From assembly GCA_951406725.2 (NCBI GenBank), contig OX597841.1, forward strand, positions 13,144,001-13,208,000: 64,000 nucleotides of DNA, read 5' to 3'. A program made the translations under genes and the position numbers. This document shows, piece after piece, positions 41,024 through 53,917 of this stretch; within the stretch, counting starts at the first letter, position 1; every line of letters begins with the position of its first letter. The notes under the pieces are model-generated. The model was not told the DNA's origin. It ran no database searches and saw only the letters and a program-made list of their open reading frames with translations. This DNA is from Octopus vulgaris. Taxonomy: Eukaryota.

Positions 41024-41806
41024 GATATATATAAATTTATATATATAAGGATAAGATCGTTATTTAAATACTGATCTTATCAAGTGGCCAGCATGGGAAT
41101 AAAAACCTTCAAAGGTAATAATTATTATTAAAATTATAATTTAGGGTATCTAAGAGATACCACCACGCTGGAAATAGCAGCCAAAACTTGACTCTAAAAC
41201 CACATTAAATGTCCATACAGCACCAGGAGAGAAGACAAAAACACAAAATAAACTAGCAAAAAATTACCAGATAATTTACATATAAATATTTATATATACA
41301 TATCTTTTATATATATATAAATACAAAACGGGACAAGAATGCAAAACATCCGGACAGCTAGGTTATACAAAAAGGGACAACAAAATATTTAGATAGAAGA
41401 TACAAAGGAGACAAGGACGGGTCATTCGAAGTTTTCTTTCCTTAGTCAGGCACCAGATTATCCTCGCAATTTTGGCTGATTATTCTTGAGATTGCTCCAA
41501 TTTGGCCAGCTCCAAGGAAAAACTAAGCTAAGAGCATTAGAAACAAGGATGGAAAAAACAGACAATATATATATAGTGAGTGAACTGGAGCAATGTGAAA
41601 TAAAGTGAATAAACGTGTTGCCAGGAATTGAACTCATGACCTTACGATTGTGAGCCAAATTCCCTAACCACTAAGCCACGCACCTTCACTTTCTACAAAT
41701 AAAAATAAGAACAAAAAAAAATGAATGAGGCACAATGACTCACTGCTACCATGACACAGTGAGTCAGAGGCACACAGTGGGTTAATGGCTCAGTGGCACG
41801 GCTTAC

Positions 41807-41902
41807 CTCTTGTCTGGTGCCTTTGTTCAGCAGAGACGTCAAAGAATCGCAGAATTGCTCCTTGGTCAGATTGATACAGGTGTAGGTACCTTCTTGTTCG
41901 AT
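41807..41902 (-). CDS. WDR49: Internal coding exon (96 nt, phase 0/0) of a WDR49/CFAP337-like EF-hand + WD40 protein: IEQEGTYTCINLTKEQFCDSLTSLLNKGTRQE
   Basis: Minus strand has acceptor cttttctttttTCAG and donor GAG|gtaagc, with 32 open codons. It splices in frame to 32244-32398, giving ...KGTRQE|YAELFEKIDV..., which resembles vertebrate WDR49 GTKEEYGELFDKVDV as recalled. Confidence 0.85.
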
Positions 41903-42059
41903 CTGAAAAAAGAAAAGACAGAGAGGGACTAGAGATGGGTTTGATAGGAAAAAGGAAGTAAAAGTTAGGGATCAGCAGACCCGTGGATGTGAATGAGGGA
42001 AAGAAAGACAGCTAGAATGAATTGAGGGGAAATCTTCAGCTTTGGTGTCTTGGCTACAG

Positions 42060-42300
42060 ATACAGTTGCTATTTCTAGCAGGTCAAACTACCATGTAGAG
42101 GTCTAACTTATTGGTTCATATGTATATATACATAGAAAAAACAGGAGGGTGTGATTTGAGGAAGATTTGGCTGCTCTTTCTACCAGGTCTAGCTACCATG
42201 TAGAGGTCTCCCTCATTGGCTCAAGCATATCACAATAGGGTGTGATTTGAGGGAGATTTGGCTGCTATTTCTAGCAAATAAAGTGACTACATAGGGGTTA
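42060..42300 (-). repeat. Two to three ~100-bp tandem copies of a retroposon segment (gctatttctagc...ccatgtagaggtc...gggtgtgatttgagg)
   Basis: The reverse complement gctagaaatagcagccaaat also occurs at ~10940, 16058, 41168 and 54775. Confidence 0.65.
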
Positions 42301-42724
42301 TCTTTGTACGGTAGTGATTTTAGAATTGGTTAAATTGGTGATGATCGCATTAGCAGAGGCAATAGTGCGGTGGTGATGGTCATGGTGGAAGGGAGAAGGC
42401 TTTGCCGATATAGTGTTGGCGGTAGTTGTAGTGGTACCATATTATTAATGGATGTAGAAGGGACAGCAGTGGTGTTCACTGATCGACAAAAATATATTGA
42501 TGCAAGGGAAATAACTCCATGAGACTTGCAATCATTTTTGTTAAGTGGAGCTTAACTATAGTCAGTCCATAGCACTTACTCAGCATTACCTGACACCTTT
42601 CGGTCTTACTGACACCATTACCTCTCATAATCTTTATATACATACATACATATATATATATATAGATATATATATAAAACTTACTTGGAAATGGATGCGT
42701 GGCACTCGATCATATAATAATATA

Positions 42725-42767
<43 letters not shown>

Positions 42768-42793
42768 TATATGTACGTACGTACCTACATATA

Positions 42794-42826
<33 letters not shown>

Positions 42827-42847
42827 GTACGTACGTACCTACATATA

Positions 42848-42889
<42 letters not shown>

Positions 42890-44579
42890 TATATACATAC
42901 ATATATGTACGTACCTACATATATATGTATATATATATATGTATATATATATATGTATATATATATATGCATATATGGGTACAGGATGTCAAATAAACGT
43001 GAACAAAATGAAAAACGAGAACGTAAAAAGTCAACAAAAACATGGCAAACAAACTTTTTTTTCGGACAACAAAAGAAACAAATAGAGAAAGGAGACAGGC
43101 AACACATCTGTTGTTCCCTTCGTCTGTTCTTCCCTGTTTTATCTCCTCCACGTTTCAAACGTTGGGACAAGACGTGACTTCGTTAAAACAGTCCTTCCCA
43201 CAAAGGAAATTGAATCAAATTTGGGATTTTTGCGGAAGGTTAGAGTGGTATATATATATTTATATATTCTTTTACTTATTTATTTATTTCAGTCATTTGC
43301 TGTGGTCATGCTGGAGCACCGCCTAAAAACGTTTTTAATCGAAATCAGTCTCTTTTGCCGAACCGCTAGATTACAAGGACATAAACGTACCAACATCGGT
43401 TGTCAAGCGATGGCAGGGTGACAAACACAGGCATACACACATAAATACACACACACACACACACGTACAAGAGGTTTCTTTCAGCTTTCATCTAACAAAT
43501 CCTGTCACAAGGCTTTGGTTGGCCCAAGGCTATAGTAGAAGACACTTGCCCAAGGTGCCACACAATGGGACTGAACCCGGTAGTATGTGGTTTGTATGTT
43601 GTTGAAATTCTAATGGAGGAACCTTAAATCTAGGTTAGAAACTGGTTCTTTCTTTATTGGCAAGAAATCATGAAATAAAACTGAACAATGACATACATAC
43701 ATATGTGCTGATGTGAGAATATCTCTTTGAAAATCAAAAAGGAAAGAAAAAGGTAATTATGGGAAACTGCTTTGAAACCTCCAGCTTTTATATCCAGATT
43801 ATAGATTTATAGCAAATGATAATTGGATCGTTTGGCTTTGTGAGTAAATGCCTAGCTGAATAAGTCTGGATAAGCTTGGACTTTCAGAAAAAGAAATCAA
43901 CCAACTGATTCGAACATTACAAATAAAATCTGTAAGTGGAACAATAAAAATATGCAAGACTTTTCTCAGGTTTCGAATGTGATATTGTTTTTGTTATCTG
44001 ATAACAGTGTTTGCATTTATTTTTAATGGATTTGAAGATAGATAGTTCTGGCATTTCACCACATGGGAGTGTTGTACTTTGTAAAAGGAAATTCAAACAT
44101 GTTTTTTCTTAAATGTTTATATGAATTTTTTTCTCAACACAAACACAAAATCAGTAATTATAATTTATAGAGAATTCACTTAGAAATTACAAATAAATTT
44201 TGCTATCGACATTCCAACAATAAAACTTTGTATCTTTGTTAGAAACCAGACCTTCCTCAGAAGAAGAATTTAGATAATTAAAAAGAGAAGAGAACATACA
44301 AAATGCAACACAAAATGGCGGTGCCCCAGCATGGCCACAGCTCATAAGCTGAAACTAGAATCAATCAATCAATCAATCAATCATACACACACACATATAT
44401 ATACAAACAAAAAAACAGACAGACCTAACCAAGTATTTATCCCTTTCTTTCACTGCAACAGCCTAAAGATATCTGCAGGTAATTGTGACCGTAAGCATTA
44501 TAATGAATAAAGATTTGTGATGAACAAACTACATATCCAAAATCCTCAAAAAAGGCCAAAGTTTTCTTAGTGCCAATCA

Positions 44580-45870
44580 GTAAGAGGTCAAGTTGTTTCT
44601 TGAAAACATCTACCACCACCCCATGGAGATCCCTCAGATGTTTTAGCAAGGCATTAAATAGCTGTGGGCCCTTGAAACCCAAGCTATTTCAGTGTATGGT
44701 CCTCACCTTAGATGGAACAGCTGGGACCTTTGGAACAGCACAGTTCTAATTGAGGGTCTGGTATAACTCGCAATTCCAAAGTTTGGTGTCAGCCCCTCCA
44801 GTATCTTACACACATATGTCACTGCATGCCTCTCCCGTCCTCGTTCCGGGGAGCAGAGTCGTAGCTCTCTCAGTCTCTCCCAGTAGCTCAGCTGTTCCAC
44901 TGATACAATCTTCCTTGTGTAACATAGCTAAACCACCCCAAGTTCTACTATTAATCCTACAGAGTAAGGTGACCACAGTTGAGAGAAGTAGTCCAGAGAG
45001 CTAAGGACAAATGTCCTCCATAGGACCAGCATAGTTTCCTGGTCCCTTGTTCTGATGTTTCTCAGAATCCATCTGACCATTCGCCTACACACTGCCACCA
45101 TCTTGGTGATATGCATGTAAAATGAGGCATCGTTGCTCATATCAATCCCAAGATCACGCACCGTGTGTGGTTCTGGGATTACTGCTCCTTTTGGTTCAAA
45201 GTATTGTTGTTGCAACTTTTGAGCACCAATTACCTGGTAGCGGAGGGCCTGGAATTTGCCTGCATTAAATTGCATTTTGTTCTCCTCAGCCCATTTAATA
45301 TGGCATCAAAGTCTTTTTGTAGAAGATTAGAATCAGAAGCTTCCTTGACTGCTTCTACTACTTTTGTGTCGTTAGCATGGCTCGTAAGTGTGGCTGTGTA
45401 ACTGATGGCATGTCTGAAAGAGCCACTACAAACAGCAGTGGCCCCAATAACGTTCTCTAAGGCACTCCACTTTCTATTAATGTCTCTGTAGAGAGGGCTC
45501 CGTTGGCAGCCACAGCCTGGCTTCTGTCTTTTAAGAAGTCATGCAACCACTCTCTGATTTTCCCAGTTATGCTGAGTCTCTGTAGTTTGTGACATATCAT
45601 CCCATGATCAACCTTATCAAAGGCCTTTTGGAAAGTCAAGGTATATCACATCCACATTTGAGCGATTCATTAATTGTTCCAACACCCAGTCATAGTGCGA
45701 CAAAAGCTGTGTAAGGAAGCTTCTGCCTGAGCAAAAGCCATGCTGGGTGTCAGGAAACAAGTCATTGTCTTCAAGGAACGCAATTAGTTTCTTCCTCACG
45801 ATGCACTCCGAGACATTGCTGACATGGGAAGTTAGTGAGAAAGGTCTATAATTCTTAGCATCTGCTCTGC
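44580..45870 (-). mobile_element. Degraded CR1/L2-group LINE reverse transcriptase fragment (frameshifted)
   Basis: Successive frames give NYRPFSLTS, QHGF, VDVIYLDF/KAFDKVDH, SGVP, HANDTK (decayed YADDTK), RDLGI, LWSPY, LSYWERLREL, GPQLFNAL. Confidence 0.92.
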
Positions 45871-46052
45871 TAACTCCCCTTATGGATAGTGGTTTGGCAA
45901 AAGAGACAGATAGAATAAGTACTAGGCTTACGAAAAAAATAAGTCCTGGGATCGATGTGTTCGACTGTAGGCGATGCTCCAGCATGGCCGCAGTCAAATG
46001 ACTGAAAGAAAAAAATAAAGAAATAAATATATATATATATATATATATATCA

Positions 46053-46466
46053 TAGGCGCAGGAGTGGCTGTGTGGTAAGTAGCTTGTTTACCAACCACAT
46101 GGTTCTGGGTTCAGTCCCACTGCGTGGCACCTTGGGCAAGTGTCTTCTACTATAGCCTCGAGCCGACCAAAGCCTTGTGAGTGGATTTGGTAGACGGAAA
46201 CTGAAAGAAGCCCGTCGTATATATATATATATATATATGCATGTGTGTGTTGTGTGTCTGTGTTTGTCTCCCTAGCATTGCTTGACAACCGATGCTGGTG
46301 TGTTTATGTCCCCGTTACTTAGCGGTTCAGCAAAAAGAGACCGATAGAATAAGTACTGGGCTTACAAAAGAATAAGTCCCGGGGTCGAGTTGCTTGATTA
46401 AAGGCGGTGCTCCAGCATGGCCGCAGTCAAATGACTGAAACAAGTAAAAGAGTAAAGAGTAAGAGT
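46053..46466 (+). mobile_element. SINE family A
   Basis: Full head-to-tail homology. Confidence 0.9.
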
Positions 46467-46526
46467 AATATATAATCTATGTATAGATATACACACAGTC
46501 ATAATGATATACACACAGTCATTGCA

Positions 46527-47328
46527 GACACAATGCAGCAATGGATCACAGACTGGCAACTGAAACTGGCTGTGGACAAGTGTACCACCATGCATTTTGG
46601 GAGAAAAAATCCTGTGTCCACATACTCCCTCCACAACACTGATATCAAGAAATCCTCTTGCGAGCGTGACCTAGGCATCACTGTCAGCAGTGATTTGCGT
46701 TGGTCAAAGCATATCTCTAAAATTGTCAAGAAGGCCGAGGGTGTCTTGGCATCACTCAGCAAGACTTTTGTTAGCCGCTCTCCAGCCATCTATTTAAAAC
46801 TGTATACAGCTATGGTACGACCACACTTGGAATTCGCATCATCAGTTTGGAACCCCTATCTTGCTCAGAACATTGACCTCCTGGAATCTGTCCAGAGACG
46901 TGCAACCAAACGCATACCCTCCATCAGACACCTACCATATTCTGAGCGCCTTGTTTCCCTGGGCATGGATTCACTGAAGCTCCGGCGTTTGGCGACGGAC
47001 TTGGTAAACACCCACAAAGTTATCAACCACCTCACCAACAACAACACTGAACACCTTTTTGATCTCCATGTGTCTAACACACGTGGACATGCCTACAAAG
47101 TCAGAAAACAACACAGCTCCCATGACTTTCGGAAACATTTTTTCGCGCTCAGAATTGCTGAAGCATGGAATAAACTGCCTGCGTCAGTTGTTGACTGCCA
47201 TGACACTGCATCCTTTAAGGCCCTCATGCTTTCCGAAATCCGCCGAAACTACACCTGATTATATATACACTTTAGATGAGTTGTAGTGCACCTGAGCACT
47301 GTACACAATTATTATTATTATTATTATT
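46527..47328 (+). mobile_element. 5'-truncated young CR1-group LINE: uninterrupted ORF2 C-terminus (stop 47258), short 3'UTR, (TTA)n tail
   Basis: ERDLGI, VRPHLEFASSVWNPY, LESVQRRATK, TRGH and AWNKLP motifs in one open frame of over 240 codons. Confidence 0.93.
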
Positions 47329-47682
47329 CTATTTTATAACGTCAGCTGCCTTTTACAGGGGACGTCACTCTGCTTAAACTATTAATTCACAAGGGAGATC
47401 ACTCCTTCAATGTTCAGCTCTTATAAACTGATCCACAATATAAAGGAAAGCGAGCTTGTGGTGGCGCGTGACCTAAAGGTTCGGCTAATGCACTCACGAT
47501 GGCAAGATCGTGGTTCGATATCGGGTTCGGGCGGTGCGTTTGCATTTGTGCAAAACACTTAAATAACTTCTGCGTCTGTACAAGAATATACATACATACA
47601 TACATACATACATACATACAGGGTATCAAGAAAGAGGTCATGGAACAAAACTGGTCTGTCAGTCTCTCTAAACAAGATATTC

Positions 47683-48046
47683 TTTTCTACCCTCGGCACA
47701 AGCCCTGAAACTTTTGGGGAGGAGCCAGTCGATTAGCTCTACCCCAGTACGCAACTGGTACTTAATCTATCGACTCCGAAAGGATGAAAGGCAAAGTCAA
47801 CTTCAGCGAAATTTGAACTCAGAACATAAAGACAAATGAAATACCTATTTCTTTACTACCCACAAGGGGCTAAACACAGAGGGGACAAAGAAGGACAGAC
47901 AAACGGATTTAGTCGATTACATCGACACCAGTGCGTAACTGATACTTAATTTATCGACCCCGAAAGGATGAAAGGCAAAGTCGACCTCGGCGGGAATCTG
48001 AACTCAACGTAAAGACAGACGAAATACCTATTTCTTCACTACCCAC
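47683..48046 (-). repeat. Head-to-tail tandem of truncated family C SINE units (~180-bp period)
   Basis: Junction gaaatacctatttctt occurs at ~47838 and ~48021. Confidence 0.8.
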
Positions 48047-48049
48047 AGG

Positions 48050-48300
48050 TGAAGAGTGACTGATTGGAAAAAGTTAAAAGAGGGAACAGAAAGCAGCCAT
48101 GATTGAATTGAAAAAAGACAGTAATGAAAGCCAGAAGCATGTGAATAGGGCACAGGATAAAACGAACCCCAAAAGACAGGAAATTTGGATTGGCACATGA
48201 GGGGTAGTGTTGGATTTCGGGAAGTATGGAATTTTTTAAGAATACAGGGTCCTGACGCCTAACAACTGATTCAGATAGTTTATTCCATGCTTTGACAATT
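48050..48300 (-). mobile_element. 3' end of a related CR1-group LINE with a different 3'UTR
   Basis: Minus strand reads IVKAWNKLSESVVRRQDPVFLKNSILPEI, homologous to IAEAWNKLPASVVDCHDTASFKALMLSEI at ~47154-47240. Confidence 0.7.
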
Positions 48301-48309
48301 ATGGATCTA

Positions 48310-49200
48310 AAGTGTAGCGTAGAATCGGGTGTAATTCCTCTCTCCTTTTATTGTTTATACGTGCATTCGAACGTAGCAAGAAACAGCTAGCCTTTGGCCG
48401 CTATTTGGATCCCGTTGTGTCCACTATTCCGATTGGTTGGTATTGGCACAATTTGTCTCTTATTCTGTCGCGTATAACCAGTCGGAGTCCCTAAATACGA
48501 TCACGTGAGACAGCCTGTTTCCTACTCCGTTTGAACTCACTGCTCCTTATAAAAACTTCCTATTTTCGAAGTCTTTTGGTTCCAGACCTTCTAAGGTCTT
48601 AGCCACTGATCACAAAGACACAGCCAGTTCCAGCGACGACCAGACAGCACTACTTGCAAATTGATGACCCGACTTGGAACACACACACACGGTCCATTAC
48701 AAAAGAAACGCTTCCAGAAGTCAAAGGCATTTGCAGAGAGCTTTATTTAAGAATAAAGTTGTTAGAATGTTATGAGAAAACAAATCGAGGGGTTGTAGTT
48801 CATCCGAAATTCCTCTCTACCCACTTTCCCTCCGAAAATCCATTTTCAACTAAAATTTCCGATTTAACCCTAAGCTACCCTATCTAAAATGTCTATTTGG
48901 AAAATTTCATTTAAAAAATGTTCAATTATCAGTGTGTTATAACGCATGTTCGAATGGCGGGCCTTCGCCAATAACGCACCTCTACTCAACTACCGAACTC
49001 TCACTTCCGACGGCTCGACTCAAGAGAACTCGACGTCTAGAGTACCTATTTCTTTACTGCCCACAAGGGGCTACACACAGAGGGGACAAACAAGGACAGA
49101 CAAACGGATTAAGTCGAGACTACCGACGGCTCCGTCTCGCTCTAATCGCCGCTTCTCGTCTAGCTACCATGTCCACTACTTATATGTATTGGACTAGCCT
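48310..49200. promoter_or_regulatory. CpG-enriched unique region, candidate promoter
   Basis: Visibly more CpG than the flanks; two ATTGG (reverse CCAAT) at ~48432 and 48442 and a TCACGTGA E-box at 48501. It lies 6-7 kb upstream of the first visible WDR49-like exon. No start site can be placed. Confidence 0.3.
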
Positions 49201-49331
49201 ACTTATTGTCTGGGGGTGTCCACACAACACAGAGAGATATAAAGAAACAAATTCGAGGAGAGGCACAAATTTATAGCATTCACACTGAAGGCGGTCCCCA
49301 GCATGGACGCAGTTTCTGGCCGAAAGTTGTC

Positions 49332-49375
<44 letters not shown>

Positions 49376-50076
49376 ACACGAGTGCTAAAAGAAAATAAGA
49401 ATATAAGAATTCAAATTCCGCCGAGGTCGACTTTGCCTTTCATCCTTTCGGGGTCGATTAAATAAGTACCAGTTATGCACTGGGGTCGATATAATCGACT
49501 TCATCCATTTGTCTGTCCTCTCTGTGTTTAGCCCCTTGTGGGTAGTAAAAGAAATAAGAAAATAAGAATATGATAAATTTGATCAGCAAACATGCTTACG
49601 TCCCTTGCGTGAGAATAGTTCACGCAGAATGATCTCCCATGCAATGCAAATTGGAAGCTGTGTGTGTGTGTGTGTGCGTGTGTGTGTGCTAGGCAAGCAA
49701 TTTTTTAGGGGAGGGGTTGCAAATTCAATTATATTATTCCCTAGTACTTTATTTCAACAGGTGCTTTGTTTCAACAATCTCGAAATGGCGACTGAAAGGC
49801 AAAATCGATCCCAACAGGACATCGCTGGATCCAGAAGAAATATCACGTGCTTAAAAGTCTGCCAGTTTACCACCATAATAATGTTGATGATGACGATGAT
49901 AATAATAATAATAGTCCTTTCTACTCTAGGTACATGGTCTGGAATTTGACGGGAGGGGGATAGTCAATCACATCGACCCCAGTACTTGACTGGTACTTAA
50001 TTTATCCACCCCCAAGAGGATGAAAGGCTAAGCTTTTTACCCCACATGCTAACGATTCTGCCAGCTGGCCACCTTC

Positions 50077-50112
<36 letters not shown>

Positions 50113-50334
50113 CCTTTCTATTAAAGGCACAAGGCCTGAAATTTGGGGGAAGGGAATAAGTTGATTACATCGACTCCCCAGTACACAACTGGTATTTAAT
50201 TTATCGACCCTGAAAGGATGAAAGACAAAGTCAACCTCAGCGGGATTTGAACTCAGAACGTAATGGCAGACGAAATACCACTAAGCCTCTTGTCCAGCGC
50301 ACTAACAATTCTGCCAACTCACCGCCTTAATAAG

Positions 50335-50366
<32 letters not shown>

Positions 50367-50777
50367 TGATGATGATGATGATGACAATGACGGCGGTGAG
50401 CGGTTGGGTGGTGGTGGTGGATGTGAGGATGATGCTTTCTTTAAGTTGTCAGCAGGGCAATGGATGAAGATGACAATACAAAAACCAAAAAAAAACAAGG
50501 AGACATAAAGTGTAAGGGTTTACATAGAACGGGATGACAAGATGAAAAATTAAAGGAAGAAAATAAACCACAATAACGAAAAAAAAATTTTTTTAGCATA
50601 TATAATGTAGAAAAATATAAAAAAAAAAAGCCCTCCATTCTAATTCACTTGGAATGTCAGTCCCACTCCTTCGTTATATTAAACGAGATGTAATTTAGCA
50701 CCAGGTCCTTGAATTCCGGACATTATTTGCCCTTATCATATCCCATACATGTGTGTGTGTGTGAGTGTTCCTCAATG

Positions 50778-50826
<49 letters not shown>

Positions 50827-50977
50827 CATGTGTGTGTGTGTGTAAACGGATCTCGACATTATTTTATATATTGAGGCCTACATTTTTCTATATACATTTT
50901 TTAAAATTTCTAACACACACACACGCATATATAAATATGTATACATATGTGTGTGTGTATGTGTGTGTGTGTGTGCA

Positions 50978-51024
<47 letters not shown>

Positions 51025-51149
51025 GTATACACACAGACTAGAGCCTGGTACAACCTCCGGCCTGCCAGTCCTCAGTCAAACGGTCCAACCCATGCCAGCA
51101 TGAAAAGCAGACATTAAACGCTGGTGACGACGATGACACACACATACAG

Positions 51150-51450
51150 ACAGCACTTGGCTTAGTGTCTAGGATGTCGCACTCACGATCTAGCAATTGT
51201 GAGTTCATTCCCAAGACTGGGTGGTGCTTTGTATTCTTGACCAAAACACTTCATCTCGGATTGCTCAGCAATCACTTCAATGCTTGACGTGTGGTGTAGT
51301 GTACACTTGTTCAGACAATGTTAATTTGATGGAGAGAGTGAGACTAAAGTGCAGCACACATATTTGATCACTATAAGCAAATAATTTGTGCAGGTCATTC
51401 AGTATAAAAGCTGAACGCTCATACATAATCTTTGACGGGATAGTCCGTCA
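51150..51450 (+). mobile_element. Older tRNA-derived SINE, family E
   Basis: Homologous over its length to ~38575-38850 (aaaacacttcatctc, caatcacttcaa, aatttgatgg, tttgatcac). A related head lies at ~47458-47570. Confidence 0.7.
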
Positions 51451-51845
51451 AATATATTTATATATACATATACACACATATCATCATCATCATCATCATC
51501 ATCGTTTAACGTCCGCTTTCCATGCTAGCATGGGTTGGACGGTTCAACTGGGGTCTGGGAGCCCGAAGGCTGCACCAGGCCAGTCAGATCTGGCAGTGTT
51601 TCTACAGCTGGATGCCCTTCCTAACGCCAACCACTCCGTGAGTGTAGTGGGTGCTTTTTATGTGCCACCGACACAGGTGCCAGACGAGGCTGGCGAACGG
51701 CCATGCTCGGATGGTGTTTTTTTTTATGTGCCACGGACACAGGTGCCAGACGAGGTTGGCGAACGGCCACGCTCGGATGGTGTTTTTTACGTGCGAGCGT
51801 GGCCGTTCACCAACCTCTTCTGGCACCTGTGTCTGTGGCACATAA

Positions 51846-51885
<40 letters not shown>

Positions 51886-52022
51886 CACACACACACATAT
51901 ATATACATAAATACACACACACACATATATATATATATAAAGATATAGTTTATATCCATTTAAAAGAAAAGAAAATGGAGATAAGGAAGTTAATAATTGT
52001 TTATCATTAACAGCAAATTGGT

Positions 52023-52136
52023 CATCTTTGCTCCTTACAGCCGTTTCAATTAATACTGAATAATTTAATTATAAATTTGTACATTAAATTTACATTTATG
52101 TGGCACAAGTATAATTTCATCAGGGGAAAAAAGATG
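52023..52136 (-). ncRNA. Minimal type-I hammerhead ribozyme motif (Penelope-type)
   Basis: Minus strand: CATCTTTTTTCCC-CTGATGA-AATTATACT...AGTATTAATT-GAAA-CGGCTG-TA-AGGAGCAAAGATG. The core is intact, stem I pairs 11/13 and stem II has 9 bp with one bulge. Confidence 0.65.
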
Positions 52137-52759
52137 TACCTTGGGCTTATCAATTCATTTCAACAGACTCAACCATCCCTTCATAAGGTTAACATATCCT
52201 CTAATTAAGCATATGTAAAGATATATATATATATACACACACACAGAGAACCATCTCCAATGATATCTATAACAACAATGACAGTGCCTCTATCAATCAC
52301 TATCTATCTATCTTTCTATCTACCTATCTATCTACATCTCTCTGTCTGTCTACCTACCTACCTACCTTCCAACCCACCTACATATTTATCTATCTATTTA
52401 TGAATCTATCTGTCTGTCTGTCTGTCTATCTATGTATCTATCTGTTTGCCTATGTATGTATTTATCTATCGATCTTTATCTATCTATCTACCTATTTGTC
52501 TGTCCGTCTGTCTCTCTCTCTCTATCTATCTATCTCTCAATCTATCTATCTTCCTATACCTATATGTATTCCCCCCCGCTCTCTCTCTCTATCTCGTTGG
52601 CTACCACTACTCCATCCATGCCCTCCCCATCTATGTCAATCAGTAGGAGTGTATTTTTCTACATGTTTGTAACACCTCAAAATTACTTGCTTGTGTGTGT
52701 GTGGAAGTATGTATGTGTCTGTATGAATGAATTTAGGTGAGTGCTTACATACACACATG

Positions 52760-52809
<50 letters not shown>

Positions 52810-52814
52810 GACAT

Positions 52815-52861
<47 letters not shown>

Positions 52862-53500
52862 TGTATATACACACATACATTTGCAAATCAGTATAAAGTC
52901 TTTGATGGCACCTGCATGCAGGTACACTTGTATATGTATATATATAATTTTGTATGTATGTGTGTGAGAAATCATATAATTGTGACCTTACACATATATG
53001 TCTGTGTGGCTTTCTGTGTGTGTGTGTGTGTGTGTATGAATTTGTCTGTATGTGAGTGTGCAAATGATGCTTTACTACGTGAATAAATAAATTTACATAT
53101 GCTATGTATGCAAATGTATGCAAATGTATGTAAATGTATGTAAATGTATGCATGTATGAAAATGAACATGACCTGTTAATATATTTGCATATTTCACCGT
53201 TGTTATTGCTTTTTTTTTGTTGTTGTCGATGGTGTTGTTTAGCCCATGGTCAGTCCTGGTCCAGTTGACTTAGGATCAAAGATAACATGGCCCATTTTAT
53301 TTATGGCTGCTAATTATCAGGTCGTTAAGAATGAAATGTCCAATTTTCTTCTGCACCAAATATGACAGTCGTTAACTCTAATGTTTTATCCTGACAATTC
53401 TTTGTTTTACAACATTTCACTTTTCGAAATGCAATTCATGGTGTCTGATTATAATGTGAGTTTTCTCTTGTAAATCAATTTTTGTGAATACATGGATAGA

Positions 53501-53917
53501 TAGGCGCAGGAGTGGCTGTGTGGTAAGTAGCTTGCTAACCAACCACATGGTTCCGGGTTCAGTCCCACTGCTTGGCATCTTGGGCAAGTGTCTTCTGCTA
53601 TAGCCCCGGGCCGACCAATGCCTTGTGAGTGGATTTGGTAGACGGAAACTGAAAGAAGCCTGTCGTATATATGTATATATATATAAGTGTGTGTGTATAT
53701 GTTTGTGCGTCTGTGTTTGTCCCCCTAGCATTGCTTGACAACCGATGCTGGTGTGTTTACGTCCCCGTCACTTAGCGGTTTGGCAAAAGAGACCGATAGA
53801 ATAAGTACTGGGCTTACAAAGAATAAGTCCCGGGGTCGATTTGCTCGACTAAAGGTGGTGCTCCAGTATGGCCGCAGTCAAATGACTGAAACAAGTAAAA
53901 GAGTAAAAGAGTAAGAG
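53501..53917 (+). mobile_element. SINE family A, young subfamily
   Basis: Full head-to-tail homology with the same diagnostic variants. Confidence 0.9.

Noticed and set aside
42977-43250. TA-flanked island with GAAACGTGG and CAGACGA on the minus strand
   Set aside because: Probably a PLE-type repeat, but the hammerhead core cannot be assembled from this copy.
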